This document shows positions 1 through 13,800 of a stretch of 64,000 nt of DNA, piece after piece (positions within the stretch are counted from its first letter, which is position 1; the number at the start of each line of letters is the position of its first letter). Source of the DNA: Azolla caroliniana. Its lineage: Eukaryota; Plantae; Polypodiophyta. The notes beneath the pieces are model-generated. The model made no database searches, had not been told where the DNA came from, and saw nothing but the letters and a program-made list of their open reading frames with translations. A program made the translations under genes and the position numbers. Where the stretch lies: assembly GCA_043228905.1 (NCBI GenBank), contig JBHGNT010000007.1, forward strand, positions 6,696,001 to 6,760,000. The letters run 5' to 3'.

Positions 1-3000
1 ATGTACTTGAGCTCTCAAGACCTTTGATCTCAATCAGACAATTGGACAAAGACGACATTTGTGTCGGCTTCTTATCAGGAGGGTGGACACTCCACAGGGG
101 GAACCTCCTGCTTGCTCGAGGACTAGAAGTACATTCATTGTACCCATTATATGTCACACTCAGAGAGGGTGACTTGTTCCTGGTTGATATTCTTGTGTCA
201 TCATTATGGCATGGATGCCTCGGACACCTCAGCAAGGCCGGCATTACGCATCTATCCAAAGTTGGATATATCCCCAAACTCTCCTTCTTTGATCATCAAT
301 TCTGTGAGCATTGCAAATGTCGTAAACAGATAGCCGCATCACACCTGACATCAGCACCGAGAGAATCGATTCCACTCGATTTGGTCCTCTCGGACATCTA
401 TGGTCCTATGCCACATCAGCCTCTCGGCGGTGCCTTATACTTCGTCAGTTTCATCGATGAGTCGACTCGGAAGGTGTGGGCTTATTCGATCAAAACCAAA
501 GATCAAGTGTTCTCAATCGTTTTTGAATGGCTCGCTATGGTAGAGAACCAAGCTGGTCAAAAGTTGAAATGCCTTCGGACTGACAATGGAGGAGAGTTCA
601 AGTCTAAAGAAATCATCAGATTTTGCTGACAACGCGGCATCAGACGTGAATACACGACACCACATAGTCCGGAGCAAAACGAAATTGTCGAACGGATGAA
701 TCAGAAAATTCAAGAACGCATAGTGACCATGCTCCAACACTCTGGATTGTCGAATGCTTCTGGGCAGATGCCCTACTTACGGCAGTACACATAATCAATA
801 TGTCATCGAGTAGGCCTTTAGGACTTCGAATACCTCAGGAATGATGGACCGGTAGTAAGCCGCATTATGACAAGCTAAGGATTTTCGAATGCAAGGCATA
901 CACCCTCATACCGAAAGACGACCACCGCAAACTTGCACCAAGGACCAGGAAATGCATTTTTATCAATTATGGACCAGACGACAAGTTTGGATACCGACTC
1001 CGGGACCCCCGAGCACAAATAGATCGTCCGAAGTTCGGACGTAGTGTTCAATGATTCGGCTATGCATAAGACGGTCGAACTATTGAAGTCTGAAGGGTAG
1101 TTTTCTCAGACATGCCAACCCTTCAGGAAGGCCCAACCCATGACACAAGGTCGGCTTCACGGGTAGCCGAATCCTCGAGCACCGACTCGGCGTAGCCGGA
1201 TGATTCTACTTTGGACCATCCGACTCTAACACTCAATGCGATCAGTTCAGTCATACCTTGAAGATCCAAGAGACTGTCGCAGGCCCCAGAGAGGTACTCT
1301 CCTGGAATCTTCGTTACAAACGTCGACGAACCAACGTCATACGAAGAAGCATCGACATCAGCCGATTCGGTCCCATGGCATTTGGCGATGGAGTCAGAAA
1401 TGAACTCCATTCAGGCAAACAAGACTTGGGACTTGGTTGAATTACCGAAGAATCGATGTGCTCTTCCATGCAAATGGGTCTATCAAATCAACGAGACGTC
1501 TAATTCAGTCGCCCCAAAGTACAAGGCCAGGTTAGTCGCAAAGGGTTTCTGACAACAATATGGTGTCGACTTCGACGAAATGTTTTCACTAGTGGTGAAA
1601 ATGACCACTCTTCGATTTCTACTCGGTGTCATGGACGCCAAGGATTTGGAGCTTATACAGTTATATGTAAAGACGACCTTCCTCCATGGCGACTTAGAGG
1701 AGGAAATTTACATGTAAAGAAGGCCTTCCTCCATGGCCAAGAGCATCTAGTCTGTCAACTCAGGAAGAGTCTTTACGGCCTTAAATAGGCACTGTGGCAG
1801 TGGTATAAGAAGTTTGATGACTTTATCCAGTCGATCGACTTCTCTAAGAGCAACGAGGACCATTGTCTCTTCACTAAAACAACTCAAGATGGATCTCCCA
1901 TCTTCCTCATCTTATACGTGGATGACATGCTACTCTCGGGCAGACATGTTGGAGGGCTTGCCGATCTTGTTCGGAAACTGCAGTTGAAGTTTGCAATGAA
2001 GGACTTAGGTCTTGTTCGACACATTCTCGGTATGAAGATTAGTCGGCTCTAGAATCGACGACAACTATTCTTGTCTCAAGCCGACTACATTAGACGTGTC
2101 TTAGAGCGCTTCAACAAGCAATCAGCCAAATCTGCTTCGACCCCGCTCCTCATTAACCTTCGGCTATCGTAGTGAGACTACCCGACATCCAGTCCAGAGG
2201 GGGAAGATATAAAGTTGATGCCGTATGCACCGGTAGTTAGCTCCTTGATGTACGCCATGGTCGTGACATGGTTGGACATTGCTCATTCGTCGGAGTCATC
2301 AGCAGATTCATGCACAACCCCATCCAATCACATTGGAATGCAGTTAAGCATGTATTCAGATACCTGGTGGGCACACAAGACCTTGGCATCCTCTACAGTC
2401 CGAACAAAAATTAAGGTGTAGTTGGTTACATTGACTCAGATTTTGTTGGTTGTGTGGACAATTGAAAATCAACAACTGGATACTGCTTCAAATTCAGCAA
2501 TAGAGCAATTTCCTGGAAATCGAAACTTCAGGAGTGCACTACCACATCAACGACTGAGGCTGAATATGTAGCCTCATCTGATGCGGCGAAAGAGGCCTTA
2601 TGGCTCGGTTGGCTGGCTTGCACGTTTCAACAAGCCGAATTCGGTTCAGCTCCAGTTGTCTATAGCGACAATCAGAGTGATGTCGTTCTATCGAAAAATC
2701 TGGTTCATCACAACGCCTCCCAACATATCGACGTTGGATATCACTTTGTTCGGGATTGTGTCATTTCAGGGAAACTTGGCCTTGAGAAGATACCTACAGC
2801 CGATAATGTCGTAGATGAGATGACCAAGTGTCTTTCGGCGGATCGATTTCGATCCCTTCGGCACCATATGTGTGTGATGAAGAATTAGTTGAATTGATTC
2901 GGACACTCAGGATGGTTTCGAACAATCATCATCAACAGTTCGAGGTTCGGTCTCAGCTCCTCATACCCTGGGCCGATTCAGCCTCCTGTTTTTCGGAGTT

Positions 3001-3437
3001 TGCCGACTCAAACAGAAATCTGATTTGTTTAGCGACTTTGTAAAAATTTGTATTGTCTACTTGCTTTCTATATTACAAATTTTCATTGTATACGCCCATT
3101 ACGAGGGAGTGTCGAATATTGGTCTATAATGGTCATATTCACATTGTTCCCTTAGACAATTTAGGTTTAGGCCATTTATGTAAATATGTCAAATGGCAGT
3201 TGCCCTAGCCCAGTTAGTATATAAGGGGCTTTGTAACCTAGTTTGTTGTTGTTGCCATTGTGAGAGTACCGCCGCCTCCATTGTATTGTAACCATTCTCT
3301 GAATAATACTATTACATTGTGTGCATCTCTGTCTCCCTCTCTCTCAGATTCTCTGTTGTATCTTGCTTACATATGCTAACTCAGTGATCTTCATCTCAAG
3401 GTGTTGTTTCCACATTGGCGGGATTTAGTTCTCAACA
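1..3437 (+). mobile_element. Decayed Ty1/copia LTR retrotransposon (element A1; INT-RT-RNaseH plus 3' LTR; runs off the left edge); same family as the intact element at 52664-58033
   Basis: Translation matches the 53144-57157 polyprotein (GWTLHRGNLLLARG, RTDNGGEFKS, YVDDMLLSG, STTEAEYVASSDAAKEALWL) but has many stops and frameshifts. PPT-like ATTACGAGGGAG ends at 3109. The LTR runs from TGTCGAATA (3110) to CTCAACA (3437) and resembles the LTR of the intact copy. Confidence 0.93.
3110..3437 (+). repeat. 3' LTR of copia element A1
   Basis: TG...CA termini directly after the PPT, TATA-like TATATAAG near 3218, and both termini similar to the LTRs at 52664-52950 and 57747-58033. Confidence 0.8.
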
Positions 3438-6149
3438 CGGGTTGGAGTCAGAAATTTCATGTCTCCTAGATATGTATGACTTAGTCATCGAAAGTGTGAT
3501 GTTGGAACTCTATAATACAAAATGGTACAACTTGGTCTCAAGACTCAAGTTTGATGAGTATCGCATTGGCATCAATAATGATTTTCGAAATGAGGTCGTC
3601 CAACACATCAACAATGATGATGGGTTGCTTTGAAATTATGGGGACCCTAACCAATGGATAGTGGAGATGTTGTCCTTTCGTGACTTGGTATCCCCTTGCT
3701 TGACATGAACAAAGATAAACATTTCAGCACCTCACAATTTGTTGAAAATACTTCATCCTCAACAACAAATTGCAACAAGGGGGTTGAAAATAGTTTGCAA
3801 CATGGCATATGGCACCATGTGTGACAAGGGATCATCCATGAGGCTCCTCGTCGAATTGTGAAGGGCCATTATGTAGGCCATCAGACAAATTGCAATAGTC
3901 TTAGTCCTTTCACATAAGCAAACACTACATCCTTGTTGCAAAAAACTACTATACAAAATGGGTCAAAACCAAACCACTCCATGCAATGCACAAACTTTGG
4001 GTGGTGTGCCTTCTTTACAAGAACATTTGGTGCAAGTTTGGTTGTTCAATCGGGTTGGTTAGTTATCAAGGTAGTAACATCATAAACCAAATAATTTGAG
4101 ACCTCATGCACAAATATATCATGGTCAACAAGTAGTTTTTACAATTACCTGTATTCAAGCCCATATATTGGCTAAATCAACAAACAAAGTGTTTCAAACT
4201 ATCTTTGAATAATTTTTTCAAAGTGATTTGCATTAATATGGACAAGAAGTTGCACTTCATGTTGCAAATATCATGTTCTAGGCTCACAAATGGGTGATGG
4301 CATCCTCCACGACATTTAGACTTGAAGATTCTGTGCAATAGAAGGTCTAAAAGAGGAGTAAAACCATGCACTTGAAGGTCCAAATTCGCACTCTCACATA
4401 AAATATTGCAAATGTTTTAAATTGATCCATGTTAATGGAAATAATGTCATATTATTTACTTTTAACAACACCACATAGCTGAATATTTCTAAAGTAGAAT
4501 ATTGGTCATAACCTACAAGAAATGTATACAGAAAACATGGTCATATTGTAATTTATGGAATCTAGCTTTTATTATGTGGCGATGACAAATACCATTTTTT
4601 AAGTTTCTATAATGATAAGGTGTGTGTTAGTTTTAGTTTAACTTGAGAAGTTCTCGAGGTTTCCATGGTTGCATGGAATCGAGAAGTAAGTGCTTTGTTG
4701 AAGTATGACATGATCTTTGCCATTGGCTAGGAATGACGTCCCTCAATCGCTTGGTAGTGACCATGGGAAATACGACACTCCAAGGTATGTGTATTGAAAC
4801 TTTTGGGAAAACTCAATTCAATCCAAAACAAGAAGAAAGATTGTAGAAAAGTGCTAATAGATTCTTGAGACTACATTTGGTTCAAAATAGTTCCATACAA
4901 TAAAGAGTGGGAAGTGATAGATAAAAAAAAGTAAGGAATAAACAACCAAAATTACACTCTTATGTAAATTCTTATAAATCGTTTAAATTGATCGAATACA
5001 AAATATAGAAAAGTGGTCATGGACTCACATGGTTACTATTGGTTCAAGGGAGTTTTGTGCAATGAAGAAATAAATGTGATAGATAGAAATGAAACAAAGA
5101 AAGGAGCAAATGGAGGTCTTTGAGTTTTTCGTGGCAAATTGTAAGTAATTGATTTTTTATGCCTTGGTTGTCATAGGCTCCCACGCATCCTCCTCATTTG
5201 CTTCCCAAAAAATATTATCCTTGTTGTTGAAGCTTGGGCATATTCAAATAGATTATAGACCCTCCATGAAAGAAGGCAACCCTAAAACATTAGCCTAGTC
5301 TTTTTTTTGTGGTTCCATAGGCGTTTCCCCCCTTTTCCCAAGTTGGTGTTTGCTATTCTTATCATGCATGTTGCCTAGTTTAATGTATTTGGTCACTTTT
5401 TAACTCTTGGCTCCCCAAGTCTAATTTATTTCTAGTAAGTGCCTAGGATAAATTTATTTCTAGTTGTCTCGTTATTTTTAGCAATCCAATATAGGCCTCG
5501 TAACCCAACACCATCCAATATTTTCAATGTCCAAAAATTGGAAGTAATTTGGTTAGACAATTGTGAACTTGTAGAGTTAGTCCCTAATAAGAGTTCCATT
5601 TCATTCAATTGACTTAGTAGAGTCTTTGTTGCACTCCAGTGGAGTTTAGTACACCTCGGTGTCAACAAGCCCTTGCCTTTGCTCTCTTAGATTCATGAGC
5701 CAACTCCTATTTCATGGATGTAGAGTTTTCCTTGACACAACAATTCCTCTGGAGCATCCTACATGACTAACCTCAATAGTAATCATTGATGGATGTTGCC
5801 TTGCCTTCGCATATAGTTGACAATTTTGAACTCGTTTTTGTAGTACATCATAATCTGACATGTGTAATCTCCTTCAACATTATTAGTAATACACTAGTTA
5901 CAAAGCGCAATTTCAAAATCCCATAAGATCTTGATTATCTCACTACAAAGAGTATACCAATAGGTACCAACACAAGTAATACTTATATTTGCAATGTTAG
6001 CAACTCCATCCCCCAACGCACATAAGTTAGAGATTTTGCTTTGTACCAAATATTGAGAATTCAAATATGTCTTTAACAAGGTGAAGGGTTCAATGCATTT
6101 TGGGATTTGCATATTTCTAGTGCAACTTCATCAAGAATTACTCAAGGAT

Positions 6150-8130
6150 CGTATTACCTCTCATAGAGCTTACATTGAACAATTAATCATTTACATGGTG
6201 TTCAAGAACAAGTGAAGTATTTATCCACTTAAAGCAAGTGTTTACGTATCCTAAATTTGGTTCATGTTGACCTACCAAGTTTTTCATCATTGAAGCAAAT
6301 ACATCTAATTTTGCATTGGAAGTATTTTTTTATTAAGCTATATGATGGAAAGATACATATAGTGATCTTTCATTCACATAAATTTGAAGTTGTAGAAACC
6401 AATGACTAGATTGATGACAAATATCTTCCAACCATTTTGGACTCATTTTACTAGTAATGGCATCTCTTAGAGGGTTCTACCCACCAAATGAATTATCACA
6501 AGAACCTCACATAATTTCAGAATGCTCAAGTCTTGAGTCGATGCTGAGCTCATTATGCATCATTTCTAGCACGTTTTGATTTCCTAATCAACTCGAAGAG
6601 GCAATATGGCAAGTCCTATGATTATTATTTTTATGATCCTATATGGCACCTTGGCTACGAGAACCTACATTTGACCACCAAAAGCAAATACTATTGGATC
6701 CTCATTGGCTAAAGGTGTTGGCAATTGATGACATGGAAGCATCCATAGACTCATCCAATATGTATTAAATCATATTGTTTCAATTCACACTTCTTGCTCG
6801 AGCTCCAATATATCTTGTAAAGATTGTGATAAGTTAATAGACATTAATGCCTTACTCTTTCAAAATAATCTTTGATATGTTTTTCAAAGCTCTTCTTGAT
6901 TCTGCATATTGCAATATTGTCGTGATAGATCAATGGTTGGACATTTTAGACTCCAAATGACTTTGGAAGTGGTATTCAGAATGATTGTTAGCCTCAACTA
7001 CATAATTTTGTCAAAGACTATATTTGTACTCGTGATGTATGTTGTCAATCCAAAATATCAAGACATCATCAACATGGATTGTTACAACTATTGTTGATCC
7101 CAAAGAGTCCCTAGAAATCCATTTCCTTGGATTCCATTATCAACCTCGTGCCTTTAAATGGTTTCGATGTCATTCTTACATTAATTTATAAATTTAGTAA
7201 GATGCCACATTTCTTTCCATGTACAAGGCTCCAAGGAGTCATTAGACAGTTGATTTGGTTATATGAGAAGTATTCATGCATCATGGTTTTCCAAATTACG
7301 TTATCAACTATCACAAGGCACAATTTGTTTCAAAGTTTTGAAAGCATTTCCTCAAGTTGCTTGGTATCTGTTGCAAGCTCTCTTCCAATAATCATTTACA
7401 TAGTGAGAATCAACCGAACGCAGAAATTAAACCTTGAAGCAATATATTTGTTGATTCATCTTCATCAAATACAAAAAAATTATTGGGTTGATTTCTTATG
7501 TTTTGTGGAGTTTTCTTGCAATACTTTAGTGGATTTTCCACTAGGTATACTTCATTCTTTGAAGATTCACAATTTATAACTATTGAGAAACATCTACTTC
7601 AACTCCAAGTGGTCCAAACTAAGCTTACAACTAAATTACATAATGTAATGGCCTAACACAAACTCATTGAAGATCAACATTATCTACACTCTTCGCTAGA
7701 AGAGTCTAAGTTCCAAGTTGGTGATCATTTTTTGCTATTACAACACTATGCAAACTATATAACAAGTTGTGTTATCAACACCTTAATTCATTCTTGATCT
7801 CTGACCAGATCAATGATGTTCCATTTTGTCTAGATTTTTCTTTTGATATATGTCTTCATTTGCTTTCCATATATCATTTTTCGAACCTTATACTTCGTTC
7901 TCTGTCCCATATTGCATTATTCCCCCATTTGTTGCTCTTATACAAGGTTTAAGCCATTGTTGGGTAACAAAATCAATTATTTGGTGGATTGGTTAAGCTA
8001 TACGCCCAATAATCGTAGAGAATCTCACTAATGCCACAACTTTTATAGAAAAATCATAGTTAGCTTCACGAGCCAAGTCCCAATTCATGAGTTGTGACCA
8101 TTATAACTTCTTGTTTAAAGAAGAGGGGAT
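6150..8130 (+). mobile_element. Heavily decayed Ty3/gypsy chromovirus pol fragment (RNaseH-integrase-chromodomain)
   Basis: Degenerate Tf2-type RNaseH (IIEANTSNFAL...FHSHKFEVVETN...HKNLT.FQNAQVLSR), integrase pieces (LQYCRDRSMVGHF; KSISLDSIINL..NGFDVILT), chromodomain-like KINYLVDWLSYTPNNR near 7970-8015, and purine tract AAGAAGAGGGGAT near 8118-8130. A probable LTR follows (about 8132-8610, end uncertain). Confidence 0.75.
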
Positions 8131-9042
8131 AAAGTCATGAACATAAATAGAAAATGGCATTACCTTTTAGAGCTTTGAACTAACGACAATGTCTATCTTT
8201 TTTTATATACCAGAATTTGTAACATTTTTAATATAATCTGATACATTCTCACTTTAATGTTGATTGCCAAGTGGCGAGCATGCATGAGAGCAAGATGATG
8301 ACCTTGCATTGATTCACTATTACTATATATATGTAAGATATTTTCATTATTTTACCATTCCAGTTCAATTTCAATCTTCAACAAACTCTTGTAATCTTGT
8401 CTCTTATTCGTACAAATTCTCTTTTTTCCATTTCTTTTCTTCCGTTTTCCAATTCAATATTGTTCATAGTTTTGGCCCATCACACATTAATCCAAGGGAG
8501 GTATCAAGTTGGAATTGGTCCATTAATTTTGCTTCATCCCAAGGAATATTGCAGGATAGAAGATGAAAAATTCCTAGTAAGCCGAGACAAGGCAATCACC
8601 TTATCACAACCATCGAATTTTGTTGATCATCATTCTCATACTATGTGTATATCGAAAGCTCTCCATGAAAATTCTTAATATAACCGTCAAATTCTTTGAG
8701 TAAAGGTAGCAATAGTGCAAACCATATTACTGTCGTTCATATCAACAAAAATCCAACTAGCATAGCTATATTAGTTGGACGCGCTTGATTTGGGAATCCT
8801 TGAAATTAGGATCGAGTACCATCAAAAATTCTTGAGACTAATCTTTATCTCTTTCAAGGATGTCTCTTCTATTGAAGATTATTGTCATAAAGATTGCAAT
8901 GTCACTTCAAGTTGATAGACTTGTTTGTTGCTATGCCTTTCCAACACTTATTGTAAATCTCCTAGTAGTCTTTGGTTGCACTTCTCTCGAGCTATGGATT
9001 GATTCGTGATTCACTCCAAGCTAGATAGAACAAACATGTACT

Positions 9043-9350
9043 TGTGCATGCTAACAACTTCCATGGAAGAGACTTGAGAAGGAACATGGAACAAGGAGAA
9101 AGGAAATTGTATTATGAACAAGATGGACATGATTTACAAGGATGCACTAAACCCTAGCATTGAACCTGGAATTATTTAGACAACACAATGCCTCAAAATG
9201 TAAATTATGGTGCATACTAACAACTTCCATGGAAAAGAGACTAAGAAGAAACTAGGAGAAAGGAAAGTGTATATAAACAAGATGGACATGATTTACAAGG
9301 ATGCACTAAACCCTAACATTGAATAGGAAATATTGAATAAACACAATGCC
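9043..9350. repeat. Two diverged tandem copies of a unit of about 167 bp
   Basis: CTAACAACTTCCATGGAA...ACAAGATGGACATGATTTACAAGGATGCACTAAACCCTA occurs near 9051 and again near 9217. Confidence 0.8.
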
Positions 9351-9509
9351 GCTTTTATATATAGTGTATGATCGTGCATGCTACTTATGAGTCCAATATT
9401 ATGGACAAGGTTACAATACGTGAATATGTCCAATAAAATATATGGAATGATGCCAAGTTTCACATCACAACCTTAGTGGGAAGGTATAACACCAATCAAG
9501 ACCTTAGTG

Positions 9510-9873
9510 GGATCGTGTTACCTCTCATAGAGCTTACATTGAACAAATAATCATTTACATGGTGGTGTTCAAGAACAACTGAAGTATTTACATATCCTAA
9601 ATTTGGTACCAAGTTTTTCATCGTTGAAGCAAATACATCTAATTTTGCATTGGAAGTATCTCTTTATTAAGCTATATAATGGAAAGATACATACAATGAT
9701 CTTTCATTCACATAAATTTGAAGTTGTAGAAACCAATGACTAGATTGATGACAAATATCTTCCGACCATTGTGGACTCATTTGAGTAGTAATGACATCTC
9801 TTAGAGGGTTCTCCCCACTAAATGAATGATCACAAGAACCTCACATAATTTCAGAAATGCTCAAGTCTTGAGT
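9510..9873 (+). repeat. Dispersed duplicate of the decayed chromovirus RNaseH segment (about 6146-6538)
   Basis: Near-identical sequence from GGATCGT.TTACCTCTCATAGAGCTTACATTGAACAA to AATGCTCAAGTCTTGAGT at both sites, including the same disabling changes. Confidence 0.9.
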
Positions 9874-10009
9874 TGTTTTCCGAGAAGTGGCATAAGAGCA
9901 TGGCGCATGTGTCCCAAGGAAACTTTGGCGAGCCGAGTTTTTGTTGGTCGATACAAGAAGGCGGCCAAAAACATAGGACACAGACACAAGAGTTTGTTCG
10001 CAAAAAATA

Positions 10010-10430
10010 TCTTGGGCCACAAAACGAAAGGACGCCCTCCCCCCCCCCCCAAAAAAAAAAAGAAAAAAATATAACAAAAATCGAAAAAACGAAAAAGAGC
10101 ATATGAGTGGAATTTGGCAAGGTTTGGGGGGGGGGTAGCCTGGACGGTCCAGATGAAAAGAAGGAATCGGACGGACCAAAACAAGCCACGTGGAGCTCAG
10201 CCATGGTCGGATCTAAGATAGGCCGAGGGAGATTGTGGGCCGTCGGATGGAGAGGAACCCAACGGCTGAGATGGGACAACGGTGGAGGAGAGGAGAATTT
10301 GCCAGGCCGCGTCGCGTCGCGTCGTCTTCTTCTCCGTTGAGAAAGAATATCTCTCTCTCTCTCTCTCTCTCTTCACACAGACGCACTCAAACCCTAATTC
10401 TTTCAAACTTCCTGCACAGAAACCCTAATA
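10010..10430 (+). promoter_or_regulatory. Promoter/5' UTR region of the RING gene (G-box, site II motifs, telo-boxes, CT tract)
   Basis: GCCACGTGG at 10185-10193, TGGGCC near 10012 and 10236, a (CT)n tract near 10351-10372, and AAACCCTAA near 10389 and 10420. Confidence 0.55.
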
Positions 10431-10824
10431 TCCTCATCCAATTCGAGCTTCTACACCCCTCATCATACTTCAATTCCGCAGAGAACTTCGATACCCCGCA
10501 CACATCCCTAATTTTGCTTTCTGCAGAGAAACCCTTCGTTCCTTCCCTTTCCGCAGCGATAGGTCAGTTTTCTTAACACCAATTTTGATATCCCCGGGTA
10601 GTGAGTGTTTTTCTAACCCTAATTTTCGTTTCTTCAGAGACAGGCGAACCTTTTTTTTTAAAACTCTAGTTCCAACTTCCACCTGAAGGGAATAGCAAGC
10701 TTCGTAAACGTGTTTTTTTTTTTTTGCCGACGCGCATTTCGTGAAACAGACTTCATTTCTCGTGTTCGTCGTCTTTGCTATATTGTCACAGATCGGAAGA
10801 GAAAGAGACCGCGGCAAGATCTCC

Positions 10825-13800
10825 ATGGCTTCTCGTACTGTGATGGATGCTCCTTTCTGTCAAACGGCGAGCTCGTTGATCCAAGACATGGTTTCTTCGC
10901 CCGTGTCTGTGCAGGTCAAGGATGCTAGCAAAAGGAAACGGGTAAGTAAACTCCTCTTCGCATGTTCTTTTTCCTATCCATTTTCTCTTCTCTCCTCTCC
11001 TTCTCTGTCATTTTCTTTTCTTTCTCTGTTCACTCCTTTTTCTCCTTTTCCTTTTTCATTTCATGCAGCTTTGTTTAGTATAGAATTTTCGGAAAGAAAG
11101 AACTGTAAAACTGATTTGATCTCCATTGGGGCTGTGAACCAGGTGAACCGAAATGCTAAACTGAAGCAATGTAAGCTTGACGCTCGGAGGGAGCAATGGC
11201 TTTCCCAAGGTGAGGCATCTGTGGACAAATTTGTACCAAACTACCTTCGATTTTAAGCTAATAAGGATGTGCTGAATAAGATTTCCCATGAGGTGAGGTT
11301 GTCTTCGAAAAGATTGAACTTTTTTTTCTTTCCCGTGAATGAACGCCACAGGGAAACTATGATGGCTTTCTCAAGGTGAAGCATGTTTCTACAGTTTGTA
11401 CCAGATAACGTAGAATAAATATCGTAGTCTTGTCTCCGTGTAAATGTGCTTCACTAGTTGAGTGCAGTTTGTTTTGCAAAGTGCATGATTGCACAGGCAT
11501 ATCATAACTTATCTTATAATGGTATCTTTCCTTTTCCCCTATGTGCTTATGAACTTGTCCAAAGTGAACTGTCTTTGGAAAGTTTTGAATTCAAACAGAA
11601 AGAATATTGTAGCTTAGCCTCTAATGGAATATTTTTCTCCCTGTTTTGCATGCTTTAGAAGATATACTAGAGGTGTTTTCTTCATGTATATGTGCTTATG
11701 AATTTGCTCAAGATTATTCATCTTTGCATAGTTTGACCTTTGTTTGATGCATGCAACAAATAGGATATCATACCTGACTTTTAACGAAGTCTTTTCTCCC
11801 CCTGGAGGTATGCTTAGTTAAAAAATACTCAAGGTGATACATCTTGGCACAGTTCAAACTTGACTCCATCATGTGCATGAATGTACAGGATATCATAGTT
11901 TGGTTATAATGGAGTTACTGAGGCATCTGTCCCGTTCATCCCAATTCCATATCTCATACTCAAAATTTTATGCACAGATTTCAGTATTTCCTAGAATGGA
12001 ATCTTTTCTCCTTGTGGATGAGCATGACAATCACCAGTAGATATTAAAAAAGGGATTTTCATACACAAATTCCACAAACAATTGAAAGCATGCCATTTTA
12101 CAAGCAAAACTGTGTATTGTTTCTTTCTTGGAAGAGGTTTTAGTGAGTGAGAGATTTCAATCCCTATACAGTTGATAGTGACATCTGCGAGAAGCCACAG
12201 TCTGTCTTGTTTAGACTAGTTTATGATCCAACTCTTACTCACTGTGGTTGTATCCAAGGACCTCCAGTGTGGTTTTAGTTAAGGATTTCTATTCATGTAT
12301 ATTTCTGTTGACCATTTGGAGCTTAGAATTTCCATCGGCATATTTTGGTTGGAGCTTGCAGATGATTGTCAGTGTGCTTTTATCCATACTTTTTTGTTTT
12401 TCTATTTGTTGGAGCTTTTATCAGCATGTTTAAGAAAAAGAAAGAAAAGAATGTCACTGTAGAGGCCATAATGGCCCGTGGGACCCACAAAAATGTTGAC
12501 TTTATGATAAGATAGTATCTTATGAAGATCTGTGTGCTGAAGTTAAACTACAGTATAATCTAGGAAACAAATGCTAAAAGCTATTGACTGAGAGTATCAA
12601 AGGAGCTTTGTAATACAACATACAACCAATCAGAAGTGTTTTAATACTAGGACATCCCAAACTAGCCTTATGGACAACATTCCCAAAATATTCTAGAAAG
12701 TCATATGGTCTTTAAATGTCATGATGGACTTGGAGGTCTTGGCTGGAACATCTTGGAGCTCTTTAGAAAACTCTAAAATATTCCATAATGTACTTGACTC
12801 CTAGAATATTGTGGATTTATAGAAAACCTTAGGTTGGAGTTGAACATTTGAATTCTACAAGTGATTCAAAGCATGCCTTTGTAAAGGCTACTATATGACC
12901 TATTTCTTATTTGGAGTGATTGGAAATATGCCTTTGTAAAGGCAATATTATGTGGTTTTTCATATTTCGAGATTTTAGTGACAGGCCTGAGAGTGTGAGA
13001 GAGATGTCGATCCACGTGTCGTATGAGTAGATCATTTCGATTTTACAAATGATTGAAAGGATACCTTTGTACAGGCAAGATTCGTTGTTGTTTCTTAGAT
13101 GGAGAATGGACCATGTATTGTTTCTTATTGGGAGTGGGTTTTAGTGACAGGGAAGCATGGAAAAGCAGAGGATCGGGATCAGCATCACACCATTTCTCTG
13201 GTAGATAGCCAGAACCCAAATGATCCTGGTGAGCTTGTAAACCCCACTGACCATGAGAATTCTTCACTTATAGGAGCCTTAGAACATCAGAGTATGGGAA
13301 AGTCCGAAGGAGTTTCAATACCATCTCATTTAGTTATCGAACGGCAAGATCGCCATCATGGGGAGGAGAATTCAGGTAAAGAGAATCTTGAAGTTAGAAG
13401 CTGCATGTCAGAATGTTCTGAGGTCGGTTCTTCACCTAAATCATGTGGCTCACAGAGCCCTAAGAGCAAGATCACTAGATGGGCCAAGGAAGAAGACATT
13501 GGAAGGTTTGGTGGTGAATTTGGTGAAGAATCATACAAAAAAGAAGACAACCTCCATTCGAGGAACTTACACAATGCCAACATTGCTGAACTCGAGCCAG
13601 ATGGTAGTCAAATGATAATGTCTGGAACTAAGTCTAATTTACATTCTTATGTGGATTCTTCATATAAGGATGAAGAAGAAGGTATTGAATCAGTGGATGA
13701 TGATTGGGAAGCAGCAGCTGATGCGTTGGAGTTGAATTGTATTCAAGACCATGCTGATGAAGAAACTCAAATCAGAACACTTACTATACAAAATGTTATG

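Noticed and set aside
3440-6140. Probable old transposon debris (also about 19.9-22.0 kb and 28.6-30.9 kb)
   Set aside because: The composition suggests decayed TEs, but I could not recover any diagnostic motif or termini, so no call is made.
9826-10600. Cluster of overlapping 70-140 aa ORFs
   Set aside because: This is low-complexity promoter/5' UTR sequence (poly-C, poly-A, poly-G, CT tracts) with no recognisable domain.
12459-12859. Possible solo LTR in intron 2 of the RING gene (TGTAGA...TCTACA)
   Set aside because: The termini are suggestive, but there is no matching TSD and no related copy in the window, so it cannot be supported.
13099-13150. ATG at 13099 as the start of a single-exon 371-aa RING protein
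   Set aside because: The conserved N-terminal motif (KLKQCKLDARREQWLSQ) lies in upstream exons and splices in phase to the AG at 13149-13150, so 13099-13150 is most likely intron.
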